The notes below the pieces were generated by a model. The model worked only from the letters and a program-made list of their open reading frames with translations. It made no database searches and was not told the origin of the DNA. Of a stretch of DNA of 64,000 nt, positions 45,992-55,262 are shown piece after piece (positions within the stretch are counted from its first letter, which is position 1; each line of letters starts with the position of its first letter). Source of the DNA: a virus (Duplodnaviria > Caudoviricetes); the IMG/VR virus record IMGVR_UViG_3300037755_000308, positions 3,061 to 67,060 of that record. One strand, 5' to 3'. Position numbers and translations under genes: made by a program.

Positions 45992-47068
45992 TTATGGTAC
46001 AGTTGACAATGCACCTGACAGCTGTAGACCAACTGAGAATTCATTCATAGCCTCAAGACCGCCTGTAATGGAGATCTCGGAGACCAGTGCATCTGCTTCC
46101 TGACCGTTCACACCATCATCCAGATATTGTGCCAGTAAGGTGGTTTCCTCCTCCCAGGCATTCAAGCAGATCTGAACAGCCGTAGCCAAATTCGTACCAG
46201 CCGGATGATTCCATCTGAACGGTGTTAACAGAAGCTCTTCGTCAAATCCAACTGTTGGAACATCAGACTGTTGTGGAACCTTGAGTGTGAAGTTAACAGT
46301 CTCTTCCTCAAGATTGCCAACGTCACCAGACTGCGACTGCCTATTGACACGGAAGATACCACGAGCCCGACTATCGTCACCCTCACTGCCAACTGGAGCG
46401 ATCTCGATGATCACATCCGAACGACCTTGAAGAGCTGTAAGCCAGCCATTGGATGAGGCAAACACACCACCGATCTCAAGTGCAACAGTTTTGAGACCAT
46501 ACTGAAAGGTATTGCGCCCATCATTAGCTTGTGCTGTCTCATAGTCGGTGTCGTCAATGGGCTCCTGGGTCATTGTCAGATTGAACGAGCGTCCATTGGC
46601 AACTGTCACTTTGGGAAAGAACTCACCCTCGACAGTAATCGTATCTGCTGGAGTAAAGCTGGCATTAAAGGTGAATATTCCAAACAGGAAGTCAATCGAC
46701 TCTACTTCGTCGGTGACATCAGCTGCACCATCAAGAACGGTGATAGCCTGAGTGTAATCCCAGACATCTTTGGTCGCGTCGGTAATTCTGTACGTCTTGC
46801 CACTGACAAGTGTAGTTGCTTCAGCTGTGAAAGATGTTGTCACACCAGCCATCTGTTGAATGTCAGCATGATATCCTGCGAAGCCCTTGTAGAAGGAATT
46901 CGAGTCAATCATACCAGCAATCAAACCAACTTCGGAGGAGGAGAATGACTGCCCAAAAATGGTGTCATTCAACTCGTTGGCTTCATTACGCAACTCGCCA
47001 GTGCTACCCGGCAACGTGTGATATGAACTTCCAGCATCGTTCGAGACTCTAATACGTTTCGCTGCCAT
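45992..47068 (-). CDS. Major tail (tube) protein
   Basis: 358 aa with GC3-rich, highly expressed codons. Lies between the tail terminator and chaperone genes. RBS GAGGT. Confidence 0.82.
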   Translation of the reverse strand: MAAKRIRVSNDAGSSYHTLPGSTGELRNEANELNDTIFGQSFSSSEVGLIAGMIDSNSFYKGFAGYHADIQQMAGVTTSFTAEATTLVSGKTYRITDATKDVWDYTQAITVLDGAADVTDEVESIDFLFGIFTFNASFTPADTITVEGEFFPKVTVANGRSFNLTMTQEPIDDTDYETAQANDGRNTFQYGLKTVALEIGGVFASSNGWLTALQGRSDVIIEIAPVGSEGDDSRARGIFRVNRQSQSGDVGNLEEETVNFTLKVPQQSDVPTVGFDEELLLTPFRWNHPAGTNLATAVQICLNAWEEETTLLAQYLDDGVNGQEADALVSEISITGGLEAMNEFSVGLQLSGALSTVP

Positions 47069-47082
47069 GGTATAACCTCAAC

Positions 47083-47520
47083 TTATTCTAGTGGTTCCCT
47101 ATTAGTCAGTGCATTTGTAGGTCGTTCGATAATGATCCTGAAGTTCGCTATTAGTTCAGGTCTGTCATTATCATCCCTACCAAGGAAGGTAATGTCACTA
47201 ATACCTGTAACGCCATCCCATCTATCACCTGCAACAGTTTGTGCTGTTAAACCTAACAGTACATCCTGCACATCAGTTATCTTTTGATATACAGCGGTAT
47301 AGTCGCTAACGTTACCTCGCACACGGACTTGAATACTCTTGTAGTCCAATAGCCATTTTGGATTCGGGTTTTCAACACCTCCCGAATCGAAGATAGCTAT
47401 TGCCCTATCAGGGATAGCGGGCATCTTCGAAATATGGACAGACCAGTCCTCTGATGGTACGTTGCTACCAACGGAAGCCGCTACTAGCAACGCTTTGGCA
47501 CCAACAGCAGGACTGGCCAT
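47083..47520 (-). CDS. Tail terminator / tail completion protein
   Basis: IAIFDSGG..P...LDY..IQVRVRG...Y...LGRDDNDRPE...NF; positioned before the tail tube gene. Confidence 0.78.
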   Translation of the reverse strand: MASPAVGAKALLVAASVGSNVPSEDWSVHISKMPAIPDRAIAIFDSGGVENPNPKWLLDYKSIQVRVRGNVSDYTAVYQKITDVQDVLLGLTAQTVAGDRWDGVTGISDITFLGRDDNDRPELIANFRIIIERPTNALTNREPLE

Positions 47521-47569
47521 AACTTCTATCCTAATGCTCTTCTATATAGTGGACTAGATCAAGATTGGA

Positions 47570-48328
47570 TTAGAACAACGAGACTGTTGCACCAATCTTG
47601 ATGATGTCCTCATCGACTCCTTCAGTGACAGTGATATCCTCATTACTGAAGACAGTCTCGTCATCGAAGAAGTTGTGAGCGTACTCGAGCCGCAGCTTGA
47701 TCAGCTCAGTGACCGCTGTAGAGACACCGAGTCCCAAGCCTAGACCTTGCCGATCGTCAAACTTGAAAGACCCGCCAGTGAACTCAAGCTCGCTGCCTTC
47801 CTGATTGACCCAACGTGCCAGACCATACACATGAGTAAAGTCGTTGACAAGGTAACCCAGGTTGCCACCGACATACCAAGAGTCACCACGCTTGAGCTCA
47901 GCTGTGAAAGCTCCGTTAGCAATTGAGAGCTCAGAGTTCCAATCAGGAACATACTCATAGCCGCCATGTACACCGGCCACGATACGCGAATTCGGAAGTA
48001 GATAGTTAAAACCAAGCTCACTAGAGACTGCAGCACCCATCGAAGAGATACCACTCAGGTTGAGCAGGTTGTAGGTGGCTGCTTCGACTTCAGCTTCCTC
48101 ACCGTGGTCGACATCAACGTTGTACTCACGATGAGACTGACCATAGCCAACACTGATACCAGCATAGACCTCAGTCCATCTGACAGCCGCACGATCATCA
48201 GCTGGGGTTGTGTATCCAGAATTGCCCCCATAGATATCAGCTGCTGCAGCTGGTAGCGTCAGCATAATTGCTGCACCAGTCAAGATCGACAGTGCAGCCA
48301 AAGAGAGTTTGATACCCAGTCGTTTCAT
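47570..48328 (-). CDS. Outer-membrane beta-barrel protein (Omp25/RopB-like porin family)
   Basis: Signal peptide ending PAAAA-D, W...YAGISVGYG, ELGFNY, VAGVHG, GGNLGY, GLGLG.STAVT..IKLRLEY and a terminal Phe. Start moved to MKRLG (RBS AAGGA). Confidence 0.85.
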   Translation of the reverse strand: MKRLGIKLSLAALSILTGAAIMLTLPAAAADIYGGNSGYTTPADDRAAVRWTEVYAGISVGYGQSHREYNVDVDHGEEAEVEAATYNLLNLSGISSMGAAVSSELGFNYLLPNSRIVAGVHGGYEYVPDWNSELSIANGAFTAELKRGDSWYVGGNLGYLVNDFTHVYGLARWVNQEGSELEFTGGSFKFDDRQGLGLGLGVSTAVTELIKLRLEYAHNFFDDETVFSNEDITVTEGVDEDIIKIGATVSLF

Positions 48329-48350
48329 TATTAACGTTTCCTTATTTAGG

Positions 48351-48791
48351 TTAAACACCACTGACAGTCCTAAAATTACCTGCTAGGCGCTGTCTTATTG
48401 CCGCGGCGTCTTCCTCAAGGGCTGCCTGTAGGAACTTCCACCTAGTTGGTTCGGTATGCTTATTAGGAACCTCATGCACAATGATTGCATATGAGGGTAC
48501 ACCTCCCTTGCCAAAACCAATTTCAGCTTGGTATCCACCAAGTAAACCTTGTCGCCGGACTTCTAAATAGGCACTCTTACGTAGTGCACCTGTCTTAACA
48601 GGTGTGTACGAGATTGCCTTTCTGAGAGTTGGCGCTAGTGCCGCTCTCAGCACTTCACCTGAATTTGCACTCATGTGAAGTGTCCATTGCCGGAAGTTTT
48701 CAGAGATCTGTCTAAATTGTGCAGCAGCAGCAGATCCGGGGCGTGTACCCCCGATATCAACTCTAACTGGTCTGAAAGGACGTAATGCCAT
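48351..48791 (-). CDS. HK97 gp10-like neck/tail-completion protein
   Basis: TPVKTGALRKS, YAIIVHE and KFLQAAL. Confidence 0.8.
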   Translation of the reverse strand: MALRPFRPVRVDIGGTRPGSAAAAQFRQISENFRQWTLHMSANSGEVLRAALAPTLRKAISYTPVKTGALRKSAYLEVRRQGLLGGYQAEIGFGKGGVPSYAIIVHEVPNKHTEPTRWKFLQAALEEDAAAIRQRLAGNFRTVSGV

Positions 48792-49982
48792 TTACAGTAT
48801 CGCCTTTCTTTCATCACGACCAGGTGCTAGTCCAGGTGTCCTAATAAAGTTACGAATTCTATAAGCTCCCTGAACTGACGTAGGATCAGCTGCTAATGTC
48901 GTACCTAAGAACAGATATCCTCCAACGTCCAGTCTTACCCTTTCTACAAAGACTCTAGAGTGACTTACAAACTCTTGACCAAGCTCATCATGAACAAGCT
49001 CGTTTCGTTCTTCCCAACGTGCCTGCATAACTACAGGAGCAGCAAATAATGACCCTCCCTCACCATCATTGCCCTCTCTCCTCCAGTAAGTGATGTTATG
49101 AATAAATCCACTAAAGTTTACCAACCCAGCAGTGAAATCCTGTACTAGAAATCCTGCCACTCCACCATTAATACTAAACTCACCAGTCTCAGAAGCCAAG
49201 TAATTAATAACTACATCTTGACCTGCAAGAGTAAATACTCCCACGTCTGCTGTTAATATAAGATTACGTAAGAACTCAGAATCTTGCCCTTCTAGAGAGA
49301 AGTTACCAACTTCTGCTTCAAGTGTAAAGTCAAACTCAATAATCTCTTCATAGACAGCTGCAATTAGAGTTGTATTGCTAGGAGTGCCTGCAGTCCAGTT
49401 AACGGAAATCGCTCTATTAACTTCTGCTACGAGATTGCTTGCAGCTGCCGCTGTGTAAGCAGAATCTTCAGCTCCAACAACCGCATCAGCTATTTCAGTT
49501 ACACCTGCCCATGTAGCGTTGCCAGCCAAAGCTGACGAAGAACCAGAAGCGCCTGCAAAGACAATATCACCTTCATTAACCGTCAGATTACCTGATAAAG
49601 GAGTAGTTCCCGTATTTATCGCAATAATCTTTGCAGTAGGCTGAATATTTATTGCAGTTCCAAATGAAATAGCAGCACGTAACTGATTTGCATTAACCTG
49701 CACACTAGCAGTTACAATTCCTGCAGTAGAAACCTGAGCAAAAAACTGTGCGTGATAATCCCAAATCGCACCCGTTTCTTGCCTTGTAATTTGTACTACA
49801 GGTGTAGCTGGTTCTCCATCAATACTAGCAGCAACTAGAGTCTGTTCGTTATTGGTTCCTCTCGTGTAAAAGTCTAGAATGACACCCTTATTTGCATTAG
49901 CCGCGCCAATGTCAATATCAAACTCGTAGGTAGCAGCATTTGCCCCACTAGAATCAGCGCCTGTATCTACTAGACTTACCAT
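48792..49982 (-). CDS. Head-closure (stopper) domain fused to an N-terminal fibre/lectin-like region
   Basis: C-terminal ~110 aa ITYWRR...G...FAAP.V..ARWEE...G.E.VS.S.V...G.L.LG....DP....AY.IR. Repeated L.A..G.F.L.GQD linkers upstream. Confidence 0.65.
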   Translation of the reverse strand: MVSLVDTGADSSGANAATYEFDIDIGAANANKGVILDFYTRGTNNEQTLVAASIDGEPATPVVQITRQETGAIWDYHAQFFAQVSTAGIVTASVQVNANQLRAAISFGTAINIQPTAKIIAINTGTTPLSGNLTVNEGDIVFAGASGSSSALAGNATWAGVTEIADAVVGAEDSAYTAAAASNLVAEVNRAISVNWTAGTPSNTTLIAAVYEEIIEFDFTLEAEVGNFSLEGQDSEFLRNLILTADVGVFTLAGQDVVINYLASETGEFSINGGVAGFLVQDFTAGLVNFSGFIHNITYWRREGNDGEGGSLFAAPVVMQARWEERNELVHDELGQEFVSHSRVFVERVRLDVGGYLFLGTTLAADPTSVQGAYRIRNFIRTPGLAPGRDERKAIL

Positions 49983-50035
49983 TACGCTGCTTACCTAAGA
50001 CACCATTGCTGAGATGCTGAGATGCTGATTACTGA

Positions 50036-50461
50036 CTACGTGATCTGTAACACTCCATTAGCATCACTAAAGTTCTGGAGTAAACTTTCACCGTCATTTA
50101 GTGTAATAGCAGATCCAAAGTCCCACCAACCAACTAAAGGGTCTGCAGGTGTGGTAGGTGTATCATCCACCAGCACAAAGTATCTAAACGGTCCAATAGA
50201 CTCACCAGTGGCGAGAATAGCCAAATCATCAAGGACTAACGTATAGACTCCTGCAGTCTGTCCATGTGATGCTACAGTAACAGCTAATCCACCAGCAGTG
50301 TAACCACCAGTTGCAGCAATCTCAGTTAACTCAGCTGCCACTTGATTAGTAGCTACAGGAGCTGTGTTAGTTAAAATGATCTTAAGAGTGTCATTCTCAA
50401 AATCAAATACAGCCTCAGCCAGAAATTCCACAAACTGATTGAACTTGTTAAAAGCCGCCAT
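50036..50461 (-). CDS. Conserved virion protein (putative neck/head fibre base)
   Basis: F..DTLKIILTNTAP...EIAA.GGYTAGG...GPFRY.VL.DDT....PL.GWWD.G..ITL.DGE. Confidence 0.65.
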   Translation of the reverse strand: MAAFNKFNQFVEFLAEAVFDFENDTLKIILTNTAPVATNQVAAELTEIAATGGYTAGGLAVTVASHGQTAGVYTLVLDDLAILATGESIGPFRYFVLVDDTPTTPADPLVGWWDFGSAITLNDGESLLQNFSDANGVLQIT

Positions 50462-50491
50462 CTTGTTTAATCTTTCCTAGCCTGACCCAAC

Positions 50492-50887
50492 TCAACTTGC
50501 GATCTTAGGTGACGCATCACCCACAACTCTAAACTTCGCCTTAAGGTTGGCATTACCCTGTTCTGCAAGTGTACCTGTGGTATCCAGAGCAAGAGCACTC
50601 TGCCCAAACCTAGTCAAGGTGAACCCTTTGAAATTCTCACTAATAGTCTGAAAGGATTGACTTGACTCTCCCATAGCTTCTCTTCGTATACCACCTCGTT
50701 CCACTGCAAGGACGGCGAAATGAGCTGCCAGAAAGATCTCAATTTGTGTTAAGACACTTTCTGACAGCCCCTTACCCTCAAGCAAGCTCTCAACAACCAC
50801 AACTGCAGAGTTGATATATGGAGCAGTAGAGACACTGGTACTAATTACCACATAAGCCCGTACATCTTCATCAGTTGCTCTTGGCAT
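50492..50887 (-). CDS. Head-tail adaptor
   Basis: IE.FLAAH...E.MG.S...F...T.FGQ.A..LD..G.L; lies after the capsid genes. Confidence 0.75.
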   Translation of the reverse strand: MPRATDEDVRAYVVISTSVSTAPYINSAVVVVESLLEGKGLSESVLTQIEIFLAAHFAVLAVERGGIRREAMGESSQSFQTISENFKGFTLTRFGQSALALDTTGTLAEQGNANLKAKFRVVGDASPKIAS

Positions 50888-50977
50888 TGCAGAGTGACCT
50901 TAAGTAGTAAGAACCAGTAGTAAAGAGACAGTGGAGACAGTTAAGCCTTTGTCAGAGTGGGCCCTCAGCAGGGAGCA

Positions 50978-51385
50978 CTATTTGCTGGACACGCCTTTTG
51001 CAGGGTTAGTCGGCTGCGAACCAACAACGGGCCCACTCTGACTGGGGGACTTAGGCTCACCACTGGGTGATCCAACACCAGTGGCTTGCCCCTCATCCTT
51101 CTGCTCAGTGGCCGGCGAAACCCTGGCAGAAAGATTAGTTTCGGCTAACTTAACTTTAGCTTTAGCTTCAGTTTCATCAGCCTCGAGCTGCTTGATAGTA
51201 GCAAGTTGAGCTTCAGCTACCTCAGCTTCAGCCTTGACAACCTCAATCGACTTGAACTTGTCGCGAAACGCCTTCGCACTTGCTGCCTTAAGATCCACAA
51301 CTTCACCAGCATGGAACTTACGACGAGCACCAATCTCGGCATCGAATGCCATGTGTGTGCCTTTTTGCAGTACAAACTTTGCCAC
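50978..51385 (-). CDS. Small capsid-associated hypothetical protein
   Basis: 135 aa with RBS AGGAGGT. G.VV.L...AKAF.DKF followed by a low-complexity tail. Confidence 0.6.
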   Translation of the reverse strand: MAKFVLQKGTHMAFDAEIGARRKFHAGEVVDLKAASAKAFRDKFKSIEVVKAEAEVAEAQLATIKQLEADETEAKAKVKLAETNLSARVSPATEQKDEGQATGVGSPSGEPKSPSQSGPVVGSQPTNPAKGVSSK

Positions 51386-51443
51386 GGTTACCTCCTGGCA
51401 GTGTAAATTAAACAGTTGCAGTTACAAGTGTTAAGGTGTATGA

Positions 51444-51479
51444 CGGCTAGTCAATAAGGAGCGTCTTATTGACTAGCCG
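51444..51479 (-). terminator. 15-bp perfect hairpin downstream of the major capsid gene
   Basis: CGGCTAGTCAATAAG-GAGCGT-CTTATTGACTAGCCG. Confidence 0.75.
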
Positions 51480-51537
51480 AACTATTCATCAAACAGGTAG
51501 TGACTATATTACCTGTTCAACAAATAGTGTTCGAGTG

Positions 51538-52569
51538 TTACTCGGAGTAGTGAACGATACCAGACTGGCCAGATTGGTCAGACTTCATGCGCGGAAGCAT
51601 GATAGCCATAACCTTGAACATCATCTGGAAGCCACCCTTCTCGTCCCACTGGACAACAGTCGGCTGCATGCCGTTGACGAGATCGACGACATCACGAGTC
51701 ATCTGTACTGTAACAACTTCCGTAGCAGCAAGATTGTCAGCAGGAGCAACAGTCTCGAGCGAAGGAATGGCATTCAGACGTTCCAGAGTCGTACGATCAC
51801 TCTCCGCTTTGTAATCATCGGCGAGATTCACGAACGCGAGCGCTGGCACATATGTGGTATATGGACCAAACATATGATCACCGTGAAGCACACCGATCAT
51901 CTCAATCTGGTCCTGTACAATCTCTATGCCGGTCGTACCAATGTCTGACCACGAACCAGTAAGAGAACCAGTATTACGGTTCAGAGCATTCGTATAACCG
52001 AAGATCGAACCGTTTGCACCGACACTGTAGCCGCCGTTGCAAATAAGATCCTCGATCTTCTCAGACACCAGCCGACCTGCAAGTGCAACCTGAGTTGTGT
52101 CCAAAGACTCACCCGTCTCGCGCGAAGCTGCCAACGCACGAATGTTGATGGAGAAGTCTTTGTGGATGATCGGGATAGGCATCCCAGTCAGCTCGAAATT
52201 GACCCGATCTTCTTCAGCCTGAGTAAGACCAGACATGTTGATCTCAGCTTCAGTCATATCAGAGACCGTCTCCCACTCCAACCGCGTTTTGCCCATGGCG
52301 TTGCGGAGGTTGTGGGTAAGTCCACGAGACATCAGGTCGCCAGCAAGACGAAGTCTCTGACGGGCAATTTCGATAAGAGCATTGTCGAGCGAGATCCATT
52401 CATCCTTACGCAACGTCGCGTTCGTACGAAGAACCTTCGCATTGAAGTTCGACAGCAGAAGTCGCTGAGCCAAAGTCCCAAGAGAAGCAGACGTCTTGAA
52501 ACCACCATTACCATTGAGTGTCAAGAAGTCTACGCTCGTTGGACCGCCGGCCGAAATGATTGATTCCAT
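51538..52569 (-). CDS. Major capsid protein (HK97 fold, encapsulin-like branch)
   Basis: 343 aa with highly expressed codon bias. LRKDEW..LD...P.PIIHKDF.IN.R.L.ASR. Follows the protease and decoration genes. Confidence 0.88.
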   Translation of the reverse strand: MESIISAGGPTSVDFLTLNGNGGFKTSASLGTLAQRLLLSNFNAKVLRTNATLRKDEWISLDNALIEIARQRLRLAGDLMSRGLTHNLRNAMGKTRLEWETVSDMTEAEINMSGLTQAEEDRVNFELTGMPIPIIHKDFSINIRALAASRETGESLDTTQVALAGRLVSEKIEDLICNGGYSVGANGSIFGYTNALNRNTGSLTGSWSDIGTTGIEIVQDQIEMIGVLHGDHMFGPYTTYVPALAFVNLADDYKAESDRTTLERLNAIPSLETVAPADNLAATEVVTVQMTRDVVDLVNGMQPTVVQWDEKGGFQMMFKVMAIMLPRMKSDQSGQSGIVHYSE

Positions 52570-52645
52570 TTCCTCGTTCCTAACTAAGTGTGTAACAAAT
52601 ATACGGTTACGGTTACGGTTACAATTAAGCCTCAGTCCAAAGAGA

Positions 52646-53119
52646 CTATACGGAGACTACGCGAATACGTACGATCGTACCACCAGCCGAGTTGTCGACG
52701 GCTTCCTTAGCGTACCCGACAATATGACCTTCAGGAGTAACCGCAAATGGGGTAGTACCATCCTGGTCAAAAGCAGTTACAACACGCACGGTACCATCAC
52801 CAGCCGATTCGAGAGCAGCACCAATGACAATTGCGTCGGCATTAGCTGCCACATTGGCATAGATCTCGTCGCCGTGCGTGGTTGCCCATGCAAGAACGTT
52901 GTCGAGAATTGCATAGTTGTCGTTGATGTCACCACCAAAGACTTCATTCTCCGCAGCCCACAACGGGCGCGCTGCACCGCCTTCAACTGCGTGGCGAATG
53001 AATTCACCGTCATCATTCTTGGAGATCAGATCCCCAGGAGTGATAACTCCAGCAGCAATCGCTTCCTGACGCTGTGGAGTGCCTTTCAGACGGATTGTGT
53101 GAGACGTCAAGCTAGCCAT
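52646..53119 (-). CDS. Capsid decoration protein
   Basis: A.AA.VITPG.L...GD...AN...I..GA.LES.GDGT; lies between the scaffold and MCP genes. Confidence 0.72.
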   Translation of the reverse strand: MASLTSHTIRLKGTPQRQEAIAAGVITPGDLISKNDDGEFIRHAVEGGAARPLWAAENEVFGGDINDNYAILDNVLAWATTHGDEIYANVAANADAIVIGAALESAGDGTVRVVTAFDQDGTTPFAVTPEGHIVGYAKEAVDNSAGGTIVRIRVVSV

Positions 53120-53205
53120 TAGACTTCACCTTTTCCATAATATGTATACGGTTGTGGTTGTAGTATTGTTGTATACGGTTACAGTTAGCTAGTTTTGGCT
53201 AGCAG

Positions 53206-54960
53206 TTAAGCCGTCTTCTTCACTTCGAAGATTGCCGGCGGATCGGGAGCGTACATGTCATCAGCATTGCTATAGTCACGAGGCATACCACGGCCGCTGT
53301 AGTCAATGAGAGAAGGACTAGCAGCTTCGTCGACGAGTGTGGCGCCAGCAAAGGATGCAAGCTTGCGAAGCTCATCAAGAGGCTTCGCATTGAGCTCAGC
53401 TTCACTGTACGGCGACTTGTTGGTCGACAGAATAGCTGCAACCACATGCTTCTTCTGCGCAGCATGAACGACCACGCTCTCACGAAGAACATCACGAATC
53501 TCCGACGGCGCAGCAGCAATATAATCAGCCAGAGTAACTGGCTTGGCAGCATTGTTCGTCACGGCAGTGTTTCCTGCGTTGTCTTCTGCACCACCACCCG
53601 GTGTTGTAGCTGGGGCCACTGGCTTATCAGTTGCCGGAGGCTCAGTTGTGGTTACGGGTGGTGTTTCAGTCGTGGTTGAGGGCGTGGTATTGTTGGTGGT
53701 GTCGTCATCGGCAGCAGGAGAAACAGCAGCTGGCGCGTCTTCCCCTGTGTTGACTTGATGGTTTGCAGGGTGCTGACCCGAAGCAACCGTCATGGCATTC
53801 TCCTCTTCCGGTTTCTCGATAATATTAGTCACGAGCGTAATTTCCACAGGCGCAGAAGTGAACTCAACTTCCAAATCTGAGGAAACGTTAATGCCGACTT
53901 TGAAATATCCGTACGTACCAGTGTCATAGTCGTACATATCAAAGACGACATAATCTGTGGTGTATCCAAAGCAGTACGCACCATCCCACTGCTTAGATAC
54001 CGCACGTCGAATAGCTGAGTAGATGTCGTTGTTGAACCTATCAGCAGGAAGCGCATTAACACTGAGCGTAGCACTGATACGCTTAGCAAGCTCTTCAGCA
54101 CCAAATGCAGGCGCAGTGGTAGTGATGTTGACAGAAGTCATCCCCGACCTGCTCTTTCTAACCTGTGCTGGTGTAAGATTCAGGTTCAAAGAGGGTGGAG
54201 GTGGAACTTTAATAGCATCAAGCTCACTACATGAGCACGAGCTTGAGCTATTTCCGTTACCACCTCCACACTGACAGTGGGACTGAGCTTGTACTTTCGA
54301 CACTGTAGGCGCTGCGGGAATTGGCGGTGTGGCTGGCGTATTAGACGTGGATACGTTTTTCATTGGCTTAACCATGTTGACTCTAGGAGTGCCACACCCT
54401 CGTTCGACAGAGCAAGCACCAATTAATCCATTAGGTAGGAGAGCTAGATGGTCTGGAGTTGTATCCACCCAAATAGAAGAGTACTCTTGTCCCAGATATA
54501 CACCGGACACATCTTCTATAAACACAAATATGCCTACTGAAACCTCTACTAACTCACCTGCAGTCAGACGTCCAATAGTCTCAGCAAAGTTACCAGTCTT
54601 AGCTTCCGCAATCTCAGTATCAATCCAAGCTTCCATCTTGAGCTTGGTACCATCTAGATGTGTATTGAATACTTGACCGAAAGCCCATGAATCAAGAACC
54701 TCGGGAGAGTTGGCACTTACATACTCACCAGAAGCATCCTGAGGGTGACCCATTACAACTGGACGGCCATTCCACCCTTCTGGACTTTCTCCAAAAACGG
54801 AAGCTAGTGCAAGTTCAGGATTTTCTGAATTAATACCCTGAATTACACCTTCAACGAGGGCGATCACAGGAGCTACCAGGTAGGTACGACCTTGATAGGT
54901 CTCCTCACGAACATCTGCAGCATTAATGGTAGCCTCAAGCGCAGCATATCTACGGGCCAT
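53206..54960 (-). CDS. Prohead protease/scaffold (DUF2213-like)
   Basis: LVAPVIALVEGV, WNGRPVVMGHP, EVSVG, PDHLALLP..GACS...GCG and a long low-complexity scaffold tail. Start uncertain (54960 chosen; the track gives 55098). Confidence 0.82.
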   Translation of the reverse strand: MARRYAALEATINAADVREETYQGRTYLVAPVIALVEGVIQGINSENPELALASVFGESPEGWNGRPVVMGHPQDASGEYVSANSPEVLDSWAFGQVFNTHLDGTKLKMEAWIDTEIAEAKTGNFAETIGRLTAGELVEVSVGIFVFIEDVSGVYLGQEYSSIWVDTTPDHLALLPNGLIGACSVERGCGTPRVNMVKPMKNVSTSNTPATPPIPAAPTVSKVQAQSHCQCGGGNGNSSSSCSCSELDAIKVPPPPSLNLNLTPAQVRKSRSGMTSVNITTTAPAFGAEELAKRISATLSVNALPADRFNNDIYSAIRRAVSKQWDGAYCFGYTTDYVVFDMYDYDTGTYGYFKVGINVSSDLEVEFTSAPVEITLVTNIIEKPEEENAMTVASGQHPANHQVNTGEDAPAAVSPAADDDTTNNTTPSTTTETPPVTTTEPPATDKPVAPATTPGGGAEDNAGNTAVTNNAAKPVTLADYIAAAPSEIRDVLRESVVVHAAQKKHVVAAILSTNKSPYSEAELNAKPLDELRKLASFAGATLVDEAASPSLIDYSGRGMPRDYSNADDMYAPDPPAIFEVKKTA

Positions 54961-55165
54961 ATTAGTAGTGCCATTACCGCCTTGTCGATAACCTGAGACC
55001 TTCATGTATGTTCTGTGCCCCGTGCCTCGATAGTATTCTACTTGGGCTATTGTGCTTATTTCTGCTTCTATTATACATTGGTTAAAAAGGGAAGGCAACA
55101 GGTAATTTAGGGCCTATAGGACCAATTTTTAGACCTGTTGCCTTTATTCGGCCTTTCTGCGCACT

Positions 55166-55198
55166 GATGGGGAAGAAACAGTTGTTGAGGATCTGATC
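55166..55198 (-). repeat. Dispersed motif copy between the portal and protease genes
   Basis: GATGGGGAAGAAACAGTTGTTGAGGATCTGATC on the + strand. Confidence 0.9.
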
Positions 55199-55262
55199 CT
55201 CTCCTGGGCTGATCCGCAGCGCGATTTTCCGACCGATCGTGGGTATACAGTCAAGGCCTCAT

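Noticed and set aside
51538-52569. Encapsulin nanocompartment gene
   Set aside because: It lies in the portal-protease-decoration-capsid-adaptor order, so it is the phage major capsid protein.
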